Source: Spizellomyces punctatus DAOM BR117
Taxonomy: Eukaryota
Strand: one strand, 5' to 3'
NCBI GenBank assembly: GCA_000182565.2
Contig: KQ257455.1
Length of the DNA stretch: 64,000 nucleotides
Below are positions 48,779 to 63,157 of this stretch, piece by piece (position 1 is the stretch's first letter; each line of letters starts with the position of its first letter). The notes under the pieces were generated by a model. It was given only the letters and a program-made list of their open reading frames with translations. It did no database searches and had not been told where the DNA came from. A program made the translations under genes and the position numbers.

Positions 48779-51700
48779 ATGGGTATACCCAAGGTAAAAA
48801 ATCAATTACGGGTATAGTTTCATATCAGCTCTCAGTCACACTGATTTCTCTTGCTCTGTAGTTTTTTCGCTGGATCAGCGAGCGATATCCACTATGTAGT
48901 CAACTGATACAGGAAAATAGGATCCCTGAGTTTGGTAGGTGAAAACACGGTTGAAAACCTGTGGAGATGTGGGCTATAGCTTGCTTTTGCAGACAACCTC
49001 TACTTGGATATGAATGGCATCATTCACAATTGCTCCCATCCCAACGATTCCGATGTACACTTTCGCATGACGGAAGACCAGATATTCTTGGCCATCTTCA
49101 ACTATGTGGACCACTTGTTCTCCAAGATCAGGCCAAAAAAGTTATTCTTCCTTGCTGTGGACGGTGTGGCACCAAGGGCGAAGATGAACCAACAGCGCGC
49201 AAGGCGTTTCCGTACGGCGAAGGATAATGCAGAAGCTCGTCAGAGAGCAATACAGCGTGGGGAGGAACTTCCAAAAGAGGCACCCTTTGATTCTAATTGC
49301 ATCACCCCAGGTAAATAAACTCTAGCAATTCTCGTTTAGAGAAATCTAGCATTTCACGAACAAGCACTATATAGGAACACCATTTATGGCAAGGCTGCAA
49401 GAACAGCTGAAGTACTTCATCAATAAAAAGATCACGGAAGACGCCAGTTGGCACAACGTAGAGGTCATATTGTCCGGTCACGAGGTGCCAGGCGAGGGGG
49501 AACATAAAATTATGGAATATCTACGTTTAGCCAAGTCGCAACCTGATTACGACCCGAATGTCAGACATTGCTTGTATGGTTTAGATGCAGATTTGATGAT
49601 GTTAGGACTACTCAGCCACGAACCGCATTTCGCCTTGCTTCGAGAGGAAGTCACATTCGGTCGAAGTCGAAAGAAGAACCCAGGTGGAAATCCTGAAGCA
49701 CAGAATTTCTACCTCATGCATCTCTCTTTGTTCCGAGAATACCTCGATGCGGAGTTCTCGACCCTTCAAGATCAACTTTCATTCAAATATGATGTGGAGA
49801 GAGTCATTGACGACTTCATCGTGCTCGCCTACTTTGTAGGGAATGATTTCCTACCTAATTTACCTGGACTACATATCAATGAAGGTGCCTTGGCATATAT
49901 GTTCAAAGTGTACAAGACAGTTTTATTGGAAGGTGGTGGCTACCTCAACGACGGGGGTCAACTGCAACTGGATAGGTGCGAGAGATTCTTACGCAAACTC
50001 GGCGAGCAGGAACGCGAACTATTCGAAGTCGAAGTCGGGGATGTGAAGTGGTTGCAAGGTAAACGGACGAATGGACAGTCAAAACAAGCGCCAAAAAAAT
50101 CACAGCTAGGTTCGTGGACTGCCTATTGATTCACATGACGTGGCGGTACACATAATCAGTGCCTTATGTTGCTAGTTTTGAGCAAACCTCAGCGCGAGTA
50201 TTACGACAAGATCAAGTCATTTGTCCTATCGAATAGGGAAACCGCGCGGCTAACGTTTTCGACCAACATACCTGCGCGCGATCGCACCTTCATCATCAAT
50301 CTAGCGAATGAGCTTGGTATCAGTCACACAATCGATGCCTTGGGGGAAGGAAAGGACCTACCTCAGCACCATATAATTTTGGATTGGGATGAAGATGACG
50401 ATGAGGACGACGAAGAAAGCATGGAAGCCAGACAACGCGTACTTCGACGATGGGACGCGGCGGAGATTATAGACGAAGATGGGCTTGCTGCTAGCTTGGA
50501 GGCGGAAGAGAAGCAGAAGTTGGACGAAGCATTCGTGGAGTGGAAGCGGGAGTACTACAAAGAGAAAATGGAGATCAATTATGACAATCAAGCGCAAATG
50601 TCAAAGTTGGTGTACCACTATGTGGAGGGCTTGCAGTGGATTGCATACTACTATTATAATGGGGTTGCATCCTGGGAATGGTTTTACCCGTACCACTATG
50701 CGCCAAAAATAACGGATCTGGTGAACATCGGCAATCTTGACATAAAATTTGATATCGGCCGACCGTTTTTGCCTTTTGAGCAGTTGATGGGTGTCCTACC
50801 TGCAGCAAGTCGACAGCATATTCCTGAAGCCTTCCGCGAGTTGATGACGGATCCTGGTTCGCCAATCATCGACTTCTACCCAGCTGATTTTGAGCTAGAT
50901 ATGAACGGAAAGAAAGCCGATTGGGAAGCCGTTGTTAAAATCCCTTTTATCGACGAAACGCGGCTACTGCGTGCCCTCCACGCGAGAGAAAACCAGCTTA
51001 CAAAAGAAGAGAAGTCTCGAAATAGACATGGAGACAGCTTCATTTTCGAATTGGATGCTAAACAGCCCCATTCCTATCCCTCACCATTACCGGGAGTGTT
51101 TCCTGAGATTGCCAAGTGCGTGTGCAATATGCGAATTTATCGTCTCCCAACCGTTGGGTCTGACGGATTCGTGAAGGGCCTGTGTGCCGGAGCTCAGTTG
51201 GGAGTACGTGCCCTCGCTGGGTTCCCTACGATGAAGACGCTTCCACACACTGCTACCCTGGGCTTCCATGGTGTACACGTGTTTACCATGGAGAGTCCGA
51301 ATGAAAGTATGATCATTGCACTTGAGAACAGATTTGAGGGATGCATCCCAGAAGAGATTGCAAAGACTCAAATTGGGCAACGTGTGTTTGTGAACTGGCC
51401 TTTCCTACAAGAAGCACTTGTCAGCTCGATGACCGATGAGTTTTTTCGATATGAAATAAAAGAGATCGGAGGGCGCAAGGATGTGGTGAAGATACCTCAG
51501 AACCAAGACAGCCAAGATCGGTTTTACAAAGCGAGCGAAAGGATTGAACATTATTACAGCAAGCGTTATGGAACAATAACAGGACCAGTTGAGATCCTCC
51601 TTAATGTCCGCTTGTTGAAAGGTGAGCGTTGTTATACGATAGCGCTATGGATGGTGAGACCGTTTCCATAATTCAAATTCTGCTTGCGTCTAGGAATGAA

Positions 51701-54700
51701 GCTCCAAGAAGACGGGGCGTTAGTCAAGGACTATGGTTCGTACCATGAGGAAACGGATATTGCGTTGCAGACTGTGGTTGGCCAAGTGGAGTTTGAGGAC
51801 CCTAGATACAAGGTGTGTTCGGGAATGGCCCTGCATTTTATCAGTTGTACTGACTCTATCTTTGTGTAGGAGCAACCGGCGGCACCACTACCGCAAGAGT
51901 ACCCCCTGGGATCTCGAGTGTTCTTTTTGGGAAATCAAGGATATGGCCTGGCTGCCGATGTTGTGGGATATGACACTGAGAAGCTTCATATCAAACTCTT
52001 GGTGAGTTTACACGTGATCAATGCTCGAGAATATCAGCTGAGAAACCTGTGCCAATAGAAGCCAACAGATCCGGAACTGGTCGAAGGCTTGCACTTCACC
52101 AGGGAGAAGGCAATTGATGCAGAGCGTGGCGAACGCTACATGCCCAGCTGGCAGGTTGCGAAGCAATTGGGCATTCCTAGCTTGGCTCTCTCAAAAGTCA
52201 CGTCCAGCCTTCATGTAATCAGTAAGAAGTCCGATCAACGATACAATCTGGGGTTAAATTTGAAGTTCGAGTCCAAAAAGAGGAAAGTGCTGGGTTATTC
52301 AAGAAAGACCAGCTCTGGGTGGGAATATTCGCAAAGGGCTGTAGCGCTCATCAGGGAATACAAGGTACGCTTTCCTTTCGAGACATTGGGTTCGAGACAT
52401 GAATTTTAAACGGTCTCTCTCACATTTGCTAGGATCGATTCCCAGCTCTCTTCGTAGGATTGGAAAAGAGGTCAAGAAATGACCTTTACGAGGACACTGA
52501 GATTTACCCGGAGGAGGTGGCATCATCGAAGCTAAATGAGATTAAAGAATGGCTGAAGGAGGCGGGCGTGAAAGACTTCGAACGAGTATCGTTAGATACC
52601 AGGGCTCTGACAAAGGTGAGCTGAATTCTCGTAAGCGAACTACGTCTCGTGGAATCTGTCGCCTTATATGTTGGTCAGAATGTGATAAAGGATATTGAGG
52701 AGCGGGTCGATGAGGTCTACAAGCGAATTGGCGATGTCAAGATTAAGGCGGTGACAGTCAAGAACGTGCCTCGACCGGTACGTCGAAATCCTCTTGTTAA
52801 ATATATCACAAATCTTACACTTTCCGGTATTTATCCTTGCAGGCTGTTTTAAAACCAGCACACGCACGACATCGCTTGTCACATCAAGTGTTTGACCTCG
52901 GGGATCGCGTGATGTATGCCATGGACTCCGGCAGTGTGCCCTTAGCGGCACAGGGCACGGTCGTTGGCATGGAGGGTAATTTTCTGGATGTTGTTTTCGA
53001 TCAAATGTTCATGGGTGGTAGCAGCCTTGGGGACAGGTGAGCGACTCTACAGAAATTCGCGGCGATCTGTGCTGTTTTCTAATAGCCCGCTCATGCCAGA
53101 TGCCAACCGAATCGCGGATTGGTGGTTAACAAGGACGCGGTACTTAACCTGACTCATATGCAGCCTCCGATCGAAGGTAGCCGACCAAGCCAAGTCATAC
53201 CAATTAATCGGCCAATTCCCAGATTTGCCATGCGTTCTGGAGGAAACGCTCTAGCACAGCAGCAGAATTCTGCCCATAAATCATCAGCGCCACCGATAAA
53301 AAATGCGTGGACGGAAGGTGGTCCTACCATCATGGCGCGCAACGCTGGTCCACGGTCTGGTTTCAACGAACCCCCGAGATTCGAAAATCAAGAACGAAGT
53401 GACGCCGGGAAAAGGCATACGTTTGCGGGCGCTTCCGGTGTGACAATCGCCATCACGAAGCACTCCACCCCTGTACGGTCAACAGGCGGTAATGTCGTCC
53501 CTAAAAACTCTCAGCCAAGTGTGACGAGCGTAGCGAAAGAAAACGTCAGACGCAAGCCGCATCCATCTCGTCCGGAGGTAGCTGCACCGTCGAATAGTGT
53601 TCTTCCTAACGGATCCGCGATAAAGATCCAGCATGAGCATGAAAAGGCGGACTCTACGAAACGCAGTGCGCCGTCAAAGCCCACTCACCAAGGAGGGGCA
53701 GGCGAGCAACTGAAAACTGGTCTAATCCGCAACTCCGGTACATCTGCACCACCTATTCATGCAGTATCCTCGGCAACGCCTGAAGCCAACGAGACGGCAA
53801 CAGCAGCCGGATATAGTGGGTTACCACCTAGTGGGTCGACGGACGAAGCGGACATGATCACGCAGAGTTTGAAGACCATGCTGCATATCGGCAATAACCA
53901 CCCGCCGCCAGCCACAACGGTTCCCCTCATGCAAGTTCCGGTTGGGTTTCAACCAATTCAAATGGTTCCTGTAGGGATGCCAGTTTTCACCCAGCCACAC
54001 TTTCCGATGTCAATGGCTCCGGCAATCCCAATACAGTACGGAACAGCGCCACATGGCCCTCCACAGGCTATTGTGATGGATCCCAACAACTTGGAAGTAT
54101 CCCGACAACTAATGGCAATGCTGCAGCCTCAACAAGCCGCGCAGCCACACATGCTGGCCAGCTTTTCTCCATACACCGTTGCTGCCGGTGCAATGCCAGT
54201 TCAGCCGGTACAGAACGAGCTAGCAGAGTTAATCAAGCATAAGGAACCTGCTGGACGAGGAAGGGGACGTGGAGCTGCTGGAGTACCTGGACCAAGGAGA
54301 AGTACTGCTACCGGCACGGGAGATGTGATTCAATCGAGTGAGGAACAAGGTTCTACATCGCAGGAACCAGAGGAAACGATGGACGTTGAACATGAAGGTG
54401 AGGAGGGAACAGGGGAAGTAAATCGGGATCCTGGAACTCACCAAGATCGCGGGCGTGGACGTGGACGTGGAGCCTTCCGCGGACAACATCAAAATCAAAG
54501 ATGGTCTGGCGGTGGATATGTACCGAGAGGCGGGTATGGATATGGACCCATGCAACAAAATGGAGGGTACAATTGGAGAGGTGGAAGGGGACGAGGTACC
54601 GGAGGCTCTTATGGGAATGGTACACACCAAGGCGGTGGGGGTCAGGGCGGTTTCCATGATAATCGAGGGCGGGGTCGTGGCGGATATCATGGAGGTGAAA

Positions 54701-54735
54701 GTGGAAGTCGAGGGCGTGGCCGTGGTTTCACCTAG
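48779..54735 (+). CDS. XRN1: 5'-3' exoribonuclease 1, multi-exon
   Basis: MGIPKFFRWISERYP, LYLDMNGIIHNCSH, DGVAPRAKMNQQRARRF, GEGEHKIM, YGLDADL, GNDFLP; XRN1-type C-terminal domains and RGG tail. Confidence 0.97.
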
Positions 54736-54927
54736 TTGTCGAGATCAAGCAATGGACCGTGGTGGGAATACCTCCAGCATGTAGTGGGGCAGCAGTAGCT
54801 AGTGCACTCAGGACACGGACGCCTCTTTTGTAGAGATGTACATGTTTTTTTCTTTCTTTTTTGCAATAGACGCTGATCTCACAACAGCCTCCGCCATCAA
54901 CGACATTTATTGATCAACCGCACTGGA

Positions 54928-56975
54928 CTATGGTTCAGTGGGACTATTCTGTATCTGCCCATTCTCCTTGTCGCTTCCATCTATGGCCTCCCTGTCCATA
55001 TCTTCATCCCACATTCCCTCATCCTGTTTGAAAAAATTGGTACCTTGGAGCTCAGGAGGCAAGTACGTTTGTTTGACTGGTCCAACAAAGTCTGGATTAT
55101 ATTTGTATCCTTTTCCGTATTCGAGGTCTTTCATGAGCTTTACGACAATAGGAGGAACATAAGTTACAAAAGGGAACTCATCGCATGGTAAGATGCTGCT
55201 TTACTCCACCTTGGTTGGTGCATTCCGAATATGAAGGGGTACTGGGTATGCGATCGAGGTTTGAACCATGTGTTTTACATTCTATGGGGGGCGCCGTCAG
55301 TATGATATTAACGGGACTGGATACGGGGCATGAGAGAACAGCATACTTTCATAGCTTTATAGACTTCAACGCTTTTTGGTGCTCGACTCAAATACTATAA
55401 AGCACAGGCAAGGTTCTAGATCAGCAGTTGTTTGCATCTAGTCTTATGAGTAAAAACCTCACCGTAACACAATGTGCCAATATCACATCGCATTCTGGCA
55501 TGCCAATCATTTGACACGCTTGATATGTCGACAAGGCGAGCGGTAGTGCATTGTTATCTGCCAGTCCGATATCCTCTGATGCGAATCGAATTAGCCGGCG
55601 TGCCACGTACAGAGGATCTTCGCCTGCGTAGACCATTCGTCCAAGCCAATAGAGGGCGGCGTTTTCGTCTGAACCGCGCATGCTCTTAAACGGTTGAGAA
55701 TACTGGCGTTAACGTCGTACATGGTCCATGGTTCCAAAACCAGCAAAGTCACTTTACCTTGTGCAAAGCAGATATGATATTATAATGCTCCTCTCCGTTT
55801 CTATCATACAAAAGAGATGATTTCTGTAGCGCGTCCATTATCGCCTGTTCGGTCACTTCCCCTACACCATCACCCGCGGCCCCCATTACAGAATCCAACG
55901 CCATTTCCAATGCATTGATAGCGGCTCTTGCATCCCCGTCGCATAATGTCGCCAAATGCGTCAACACCTTTTCGGAGACGAGGATACGCTCGTCGCCCAC
56001 TTTAAGCTTCATGGCCCTTCTTAGGACTTTGATCAGATCTTGGACACCCAACTTTCCTAGAACAAATACTCTCGAGCGGCTCAACAGCGCATTATTTACC
56101 CTGAAACTAGGATTCTCTGTGGTTGCAGCAATTAACGTAAAGTCACCTCGCTCAACAGGCGGCAGGAAAAAGTCTTGCTGTGATTTTGTGAACCGGTGGA
56201 TCTCGTCCAGGAAGATAATGGCTTTCTGACCTGTGAGTTGGCGATGATTTTTAGCTTCATCAGAGGCCTTCCGGACGTCGGCAACATTATGTATTGTAGC
56301 GGATAGTTCCCGGTAGTATGTATTCTGTGACTTTGCTTTTTGGAGTTGTCAGCTCAAGTCAAGATAATGCGACATTTGAGGGTTCCTCTAACCAATGATT
56401 CGAGCAAGTGTCGTCTTGCCAGATCCCGGAGGTCCCCAAAATATGAGACTAGGGATTTTTTTCTGATCGATCAGCGATCTCAGGAGTGTTCCTTCCCCAA
56501 TTAGCTCTGTGTGGCCGTGAACGTCGTCAAACGTGGCAGGCCGAGCAAGATCTGCTAACGGAACATGATCGGATTTTCGAGGCCGTTTTTGAGGGGGCGC
56601 TTGACTTGATGCAGTGGTCGCTACTGCGTGGGCCGGAGAACTTGTTGGTGCTTTCACATGTGTGTTAACCGATGTAGCGAGGGCTCTCTCAGGTGTAGGG
56701 ACATCCCGCTTGCGTTTAATAGCGGAGCCGGAAGGAAATATGGAAGACTTTGAGGAGAGTGAAAGAGCAGGGTCTTTGATACCGTGAGTGTTGAACAATG
56801 TCGTTTGGACGCTGCGTCGGGACGCTGGGGTAGCTGGTGACGTTACATGATCTGCATTGCTCTCTCTCCCAGATGTGGCGGTGAGGCAGCCTGAATCTAG
56901 GTGTCGATTGATATCATCGACTTGTACTTCTCTCAGGCATACTGGGCATGACACGGTTGATAAAGTTTCCGCCAT
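54928..56975 (-). CDS. MGS1: AAA+ ATPase MGS1/WRNIP1 with N-terminal UBZ finger
   Basis: CPVC...[70 protein letters not shown]. Confidence 0.95.
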
Positions 56976-57959
56976 GAAATTCTGAATGGGTTGCAGCTCA
57001 AAATGTCCCGTAGACAGGTAGAGCAAAATAGCGATGACACACCGATCTGCTTAGTCATCATCGGGATTAGCTACGAAACCTGCTACAATATTTTTGCTCT
57101 TGTACTTTTTGATTGCAAAGGAGAACATTTTATGGCCTTTTACTAAAAGGCAGCCAAGGATAGAGGGATTCGGAACCCACATTTCAATAATGAGTGTCGT
57201 AATTCTACAATCAAAAGTAACACCTTAGCAGGTTATCATGGCCTATCAGGCTAACATAAGTTTTGAACAAAAGTATTTTGCATGAAGTTGAATCGTCGAG
57301 CTATTCTCCTTCATCCAGTGGACGCTTTGTGAGCATCGTTAAGGTTGGCCCTGCTTTCTGAGGATGAAAGGCTTGTACCCTGCACAGTATCTGATCAATG
57401 TCAGCAGCAGACGCTGCTTATGCAAAGATGGCTATTTCGGTTGACAAGCTGGTATGCGCAGACCATTAACAAATGCGCTGATTCGTCTGGAAAAAGAGGT
57501 GCCAGCTGTGCACCGCCTCTTATTGTTTTGTGTTGAACCGAGCAAAGGACGGCGGGCAGTGCGGTCGGGTCCAGAAACCTACTGTTGACAATAGCACACA
57601 TGTCGGAGCCACCTCTGTACATGCATGGTAAAGACTTCTAGAACTCGGCAGAATGGCTGGTCAACCCCTATTGATATTTTGGCGTAATTATTTTGGCCGC
57701 GGGTTAACGACCTGGTGATTGACCCTCAGAGGATTCGCGAATGCGGGTAGATTGATCGGCACCAAGGGTACCTGTTTGCGTGGACTTTGCTTACTTGTTT
57801 CCGTTCCGATGCTCTTTTCGCTTCACAGATGTTGAGTATTTTGTATGGCTCTGGAATATAAAAGAAGAGAACACAGGTTCGCATCTTTTCTTTTCTTTTT
57901 GACAGCGACGTTTTTCGTTTTGTAGCTGACTGCACCCGTACTCTATACACCTTATACCA

Positions 57960-58712
57960 ATGTCGATAATATTCACACCGCATGACGGCGGTGATGTGCA
58001 GCAGTTGGCACTGCTACCCGAATATTCGGATGATGCACTAGCCGAGATTATACGAAACTTTTTTCCTGAGCTCCTTGGATCTCCCCTACCACCAAAGCCT
58101 CGTTCCAGCTCGGCTGCTCCGTCAAATTCGTCCAACATGTCTTCGGAGGAGACTCTGTATGAAGCTACCAATATACAGGAGGATCATTACATGCATTGCG
58201 AGTCGTGTCAGTACGATGAAGAATGCGATGCGCATCCCTACACAGTTGATGCATCTCACGAGACGTTATGCGAATTTGATGCCGGGTATCTTCAAGTTGA
58301 TCCATGTTTCTCCCTCCCCGTCTCACGAAGAGGTTCCCATGTTCGCCATGGCTCAGAAAACAATGACCCAGCGCAGTCACAACATGTTCGCCATCACTCT
58401 GAGAATGCAGAGACTGGGACAACACACAATCGCCGTTCCTCGGCTTCAAACCATATTTCATTTCCATGCTTTGTGCGGGGATGCAACAAGGTCTATACAA
58501 CGGGGGCAGGACTACGATACCACCTTAAAACGATCCACAAGACGATTACGCCACGTGCGGCGAAAATAAAGGCGACGGAGAAGAATATTGTTTGTCCGCG
58601 GTGTCCAGACAAGGCCTTTTCAACCAGAGGAGGACTTAAATACCACGAAAAGACAGTCCACCAGGGCTGGTCGATACCCCATCGAGAACTTAATATGGAA
58701 GATACGTACTGA
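57960..58712 (+). CDS. C2H2 zinc-finger protein (two fingers)
   Basis: FPCFVRGCNKVYTTGAGLRYHLKTIH and CPRCPDKAFSTRGGLKYHEKTVH. Confidence 0.85.
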   Translation: MSIIFTPHDGGDVQQLALLPEYSDDALAEIIRNFFPELLGSPLPPKPRSSSAAPSNSSNMSSEETLYEATNIQEDHYMHCESCQYDEECDAHPYTVDASHETLCEFDAGYLQVDPCFSLPVSRRGSHVRHGSENNDPAQSQHVRHHSENAETGTTHNRRSSASNHISFPCFVRGCNKVYTTGAGLRYHLKTIHKTITPRAAKIKATEKNIVCPRCPDKAFSTRGGLKYHEKTVHQGWSIPHRELNMEDTY

Positions 58713-59492
58713 ACCCATTATATCCTGTACATTTTATTATTATTTCTTATCTTATGCAAATACATTTATGATTTTAATGTCGTTTTATTCCAATCAGCAG
58801 CGCCAAGAAATGCAATTATAAAGTTGCTCTAATTGTATTTTATCTCTCCAAACCCGCCGCCGGCAAAACTAGTAGTGACCCTCCCAAATGGTAAACCGCC
58901 GCCGCCAGTAAGCAAAAAAAACATGGCCAACGTTTCTGTGGAGGGGCGAATCGAGACCTCCTCTCGTTTTGACCATTGTCCACAGCTTTGACTGCTTTGA
59001 TCTTTATTATGGCACCAAAAGCGTTCACCGTCCAAAAGGATGATAACCCCCCAAAAGATACTCTACATTGTCCAATAAACTGCACGCTGACCGCAACAAA
59101 AAAAAAAAAAGATAATCTCCAGAGCCCCTTTCAAAGTGTCCATGTCTTGTCCCGTTCGATTCAAAATATTTACGCCGTTCAAAAAGCCAAGAATTAAAGT
59201 ACGCCTCCGCGTTTCAAAAGTGCCAAGAGTTAAATCTTAAATTCGTATTTGGGACTTTGAAAATCTCGGCGCCGCTTGCTGGTGTTGGAACTTTGCAATT
59301 TGAAAGTTTCAACTACAATCAACAAGAAAAAAATGTAATCTAAAAACCATGTTGGCCGGAGGCTGGAAAATAAGGTTAGAAGGTTTTTCTCCTTTAAAGA
59401 TTATAAGGCATACTATATATGGACTGGGACCCATATTTGGCCTGCCCAGCTTTTCTTATCCTCCCACTTCCCAGTAGAATTGACCTGCGAAG

Positions 59493-61895
59493 ATGGCGGG
59501 AACTTATCCTTATTCAAACAATGGATGGAATGACGACGACAGGAATGCTTTTCGCCAACGCGATGATGACGCTACCAGCTCTATCCAGAGGAGAAGAACT
59601 CGTCTTTTGTACAATGCTATGCGAGATGCAGAAGACGAGGATAATCGGTCCTTGTCAAGTGGACGCCCGGGATCGTACGGAAATGATGGCACTCCGTTGA
59701 CAGGATCTGGTCAGTTCTTTTCGAATGTCTATTGCTCCTGGACTGGTCTGAACTCATTCTGGATCTTCAATAGTAAAAAAAGAGAAAACCTTTCTGGATA
59801 AGGCGGCTGCCATTTCCCCTATCATCGGAGCATTCCGCACTTATACGCTCAGAGACATGCTCAAGGATTTCCTGGCTGGGATGACCATCAGCTTGGTGTT
59901 GATTCCTCAAGGAATCGGGTTTGCCATCTTGGCCGACATCAACGTATACCACGGTATTTTGTCCGGTATATTCCCAGTTTTTATCTACGCCTTCCTCGGA
60001 GGAGGAAAGCATCTTTCTGTTGGGCCTGAGGCTGCAACGACCGTGGTTTTGGCCGAAACGATTCGATTTGTGAGGGTAAGTGAGATCGTCCATGCTTTAG
60101 CTTGCTAGAATGGAGCACTTGGCTCACCTTGTGCTGAACAGGAGGAACATCCAGAGTTGAAAAATGCAGACACATATCAGATTGCAGCTCTGATCACCAT
60201 CTTGGTATGTATGCCTGTTCCTGTTGTTGCCTAATCTAAGATCAGTATCTCATGTTGTACTCACTAGGTCGGTCTGATCGACGTCATCTTTGCCGTCCTC
60301 CGACTCGGGTTCCTTAACAATATGCTCTCTGGATCGCTACTGATCGGATTCGTCGGTGCCCTGGGCACCTTGATCATAGCTGAACAGCTTGCACCGTTGA
60401 CCGGCATCATCAAGCCCGAGGCTGAGCTATCCACAATGGAAAAATTCCGCCATTTCTTTATGCACCTTCGCGACATTCATCCGGGCACAATCATTGTTGG
60501 TCTCGTCGGAATTGCATTCTTGCTGGGGATGCAAGTGTTGAAGGGAAAAGTCAAGCACCCAATCGTGCAAAATATGCCATCCGTTCTGATTCTCGTCGCC
60601 GTGATGATCAGCGCAAGTGCAGGCGTTGGTTTCCAGGGTAAGGGCATTTCGACCCTGGGAGAAATCACGTTGAAATTCCAGCCGCCGCGGTTACCCGACG
60701 TGCCCTTCTCGATCATCCCCACCTTGATTCAACCGGCCATTACAATGTCAGTTGTTGGATTTATTGAAACGATGGTGGCTGCCAATGCATTTGCCAACAA
60801 GCATGACTATCAAGTGTCAGGAAACCGGGAACTAGGTTCGTATCCCTCCTCAGTTCGAGTCTCAATGTTCGTTACCACTGACATTGGCCCATGTTTTAGC
60901 TGCTCTTGGCGCATGTAACGTATTCGGAGGAATGCTTGGAAGTTATACAGTCATTGCATCTTTTGCTCGTTCCAAGATCTACGAAGCTGCAGGAGCAAGG
61001 ACTATGATAGGAGGACTGTTTTCTGGGGGTTTCGTTCTGGCCATCTACGTGCTCCTTTTGCCAGTACTCAAATTCTTGCCCCGTGCAACTGTCGCGTCGA
61101 TCCTTTTCGTCGCTGGGTACAATCTGATTGAATGGTTTGAGATCATGTTCATCATCCGTATGGCAAGCGTTCGCGACGTAGCGTATCTTGCTATCGCCTT
61201 CCTCGCGTCAGTGTTTGTCAACACAGAGGTAGGCCTCATGGCCTGTATCCTCCTGTCGCTTATGACCCTGCTCAAGAAGAGCAGCAAGCCGGAAATGGCT
61301 GTTCTTGGTGCAGTCCAAGAGGGGAAAGACGTTGTGTACCGCTCAATTGAAGAATATCCCAACGCACAGACCAAGGATGAGATCATGATTATTCGTGTTC
61401 TTTCCAGTTTGAGGTTCTACAATTCGAGTCTCCTGCGGGATCGTCTTGCTCGCTTGGAAAAGCAGACTCGTGCACTTGCTGAATCATATGGAAAGGGTCC
61501 CAACCCGATTCAAGAATTTGTCTTGGACATTGGCCTATGTCGCGAAATTGACTCTACGTGAGTATTGCTATTCCCGCATCCACAACCTCTTTGATAAAGA
61601 CTTTGCTAATGCAACTCGATTCTGCAGGGGTGCCCTCGTTTTGTACGAACTGATCCATTCTCTGCATCACCGCCATGTTCGCGTTTGCTTTGCCAACGTC
61701 AAGAAGCAACACCGCGCGGCCTTCAAGAATGCAAAGATCACACAAGAAATTGGAGAGGACCGTCTTTACGAGACTCTTGATCAAGCAGTTATTGCCTCGC
61801 GTAATCGGCTAACGGGACCTGGCTATCGCAAAGGGGGTGCAGGCCCCGAAATTGTAAAGATTGACATGGCCTACCCACCACCGGCCGCATACTGA
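59493..61895 (+). CDS. SulP/SLC26 anion (sulfate) transporter with STAS domain
   Basis: DFLAGMTISLVLIPQGIGFAILA, LSVGPEA, NRELAALG, SFARS, LRFYNS, IDSTG. Confidence 0.93.
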
Positions 61896-63157
61896 ATGCA
61901 AGGACCACTCATCTAAATGTTTCTAACAAGAAATGGTTACGATTCCGGTTGTCCTAGCACCAGTTGTATATAGTTCCTTTTGTAAAAATGCTCAGTTAAA
62001 TAAATTACAATGTGATAAAATGACAAAATATCCTAGTGCAGGGACAAGTTACAGGCAACTGCAGAATGGTCCAGTCATTAAATGGCCGTTGGACCCATCT
62101 TATTGTTTATCTTCATTATGATGATCCAATAATTGTGGCTACAGGTACTGACATTTGTACTTCCCCAACTCTGAGAACTGACCTACGTATCCATTGATAC
62201 TACATAATTTATTCCATCACTTGATATAAACGATCCACACTGCCTTTAAAACAAAACACCATTCCATTCTTTCTTGCATTTGCCTTTCTGTAAAATCGCC
62301 GACTATTCCTCTCCGTGAGATGTGTGATCTCTTACTTTACCCATCCTGGCGGTAAATGACTGACGGAGGAGAAAGAGTGCCGTATAGAGCTGTATCTCCA
62401 CTAGGGAAGCAGTGGAACCCAGCTTCTGGTTTCCGGTCGTTCAAGGCACATTTATGGAATAGATATACATCAGGCGCAGATTACACTGAGCAATCCTTAA
62501 GGATTGACGATATGTAAAAGAGGATTTCCTACTTGTAGCAGGCAAATCGGACAAAGAGAACGCGAAGGGTTACTTGAAGACAGGGAAGCAGAAAGAGCAA
62601 TTTTTGAGATACTTGCACTGCTCGAGCATATTAATGCTCTGGTGGAACTATCGGTGGAGAATATACTTGTGTAAGGAATCTGTCCAGCAATTAGACATTA
62701 GTCGCTAAATACACTGAACTTATTTCCTGATAACGAGAGCACCAGTAGTCATCCCGTTGCTGCTGTGGAAGAAGTCCACACCCATTGAAGTTGTACTAAC
62801 AGCGGCTTGAATTGTGCCGATCTGCTCCAATTACGAGTATATTCTGACTGAGGTTATGAGATATCTCAGCATCATCCAATGTCACCAGGGAACCACTGGT
62901 GGTATCTCGGAATAGTCTCTGGTCGCAACGAGACCTGATCGGGCGCTTACGTTATAACGTTGTGCTGTGCCACTACCCAAGATCGTCGTGTTTGTCCCGA
63001 AGAGATCTTGAACTTTGATGTGACAAGAAGAATCCTCCACTCACTAACGTGTGGATAACTTTAATACACTCTCACACATCTTATCCTACCACTCGGAGAG
63101 TCGCGTTTGTGTTTGGTCCGGCATATCGCTGGTTGGTACCAGAGAGGAACGATATCG

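Noticed and set aside
62100-63050. Possible gene between SulP and VPS71
   Set aside because: Could not assemble a credible spliced ORF on either strand
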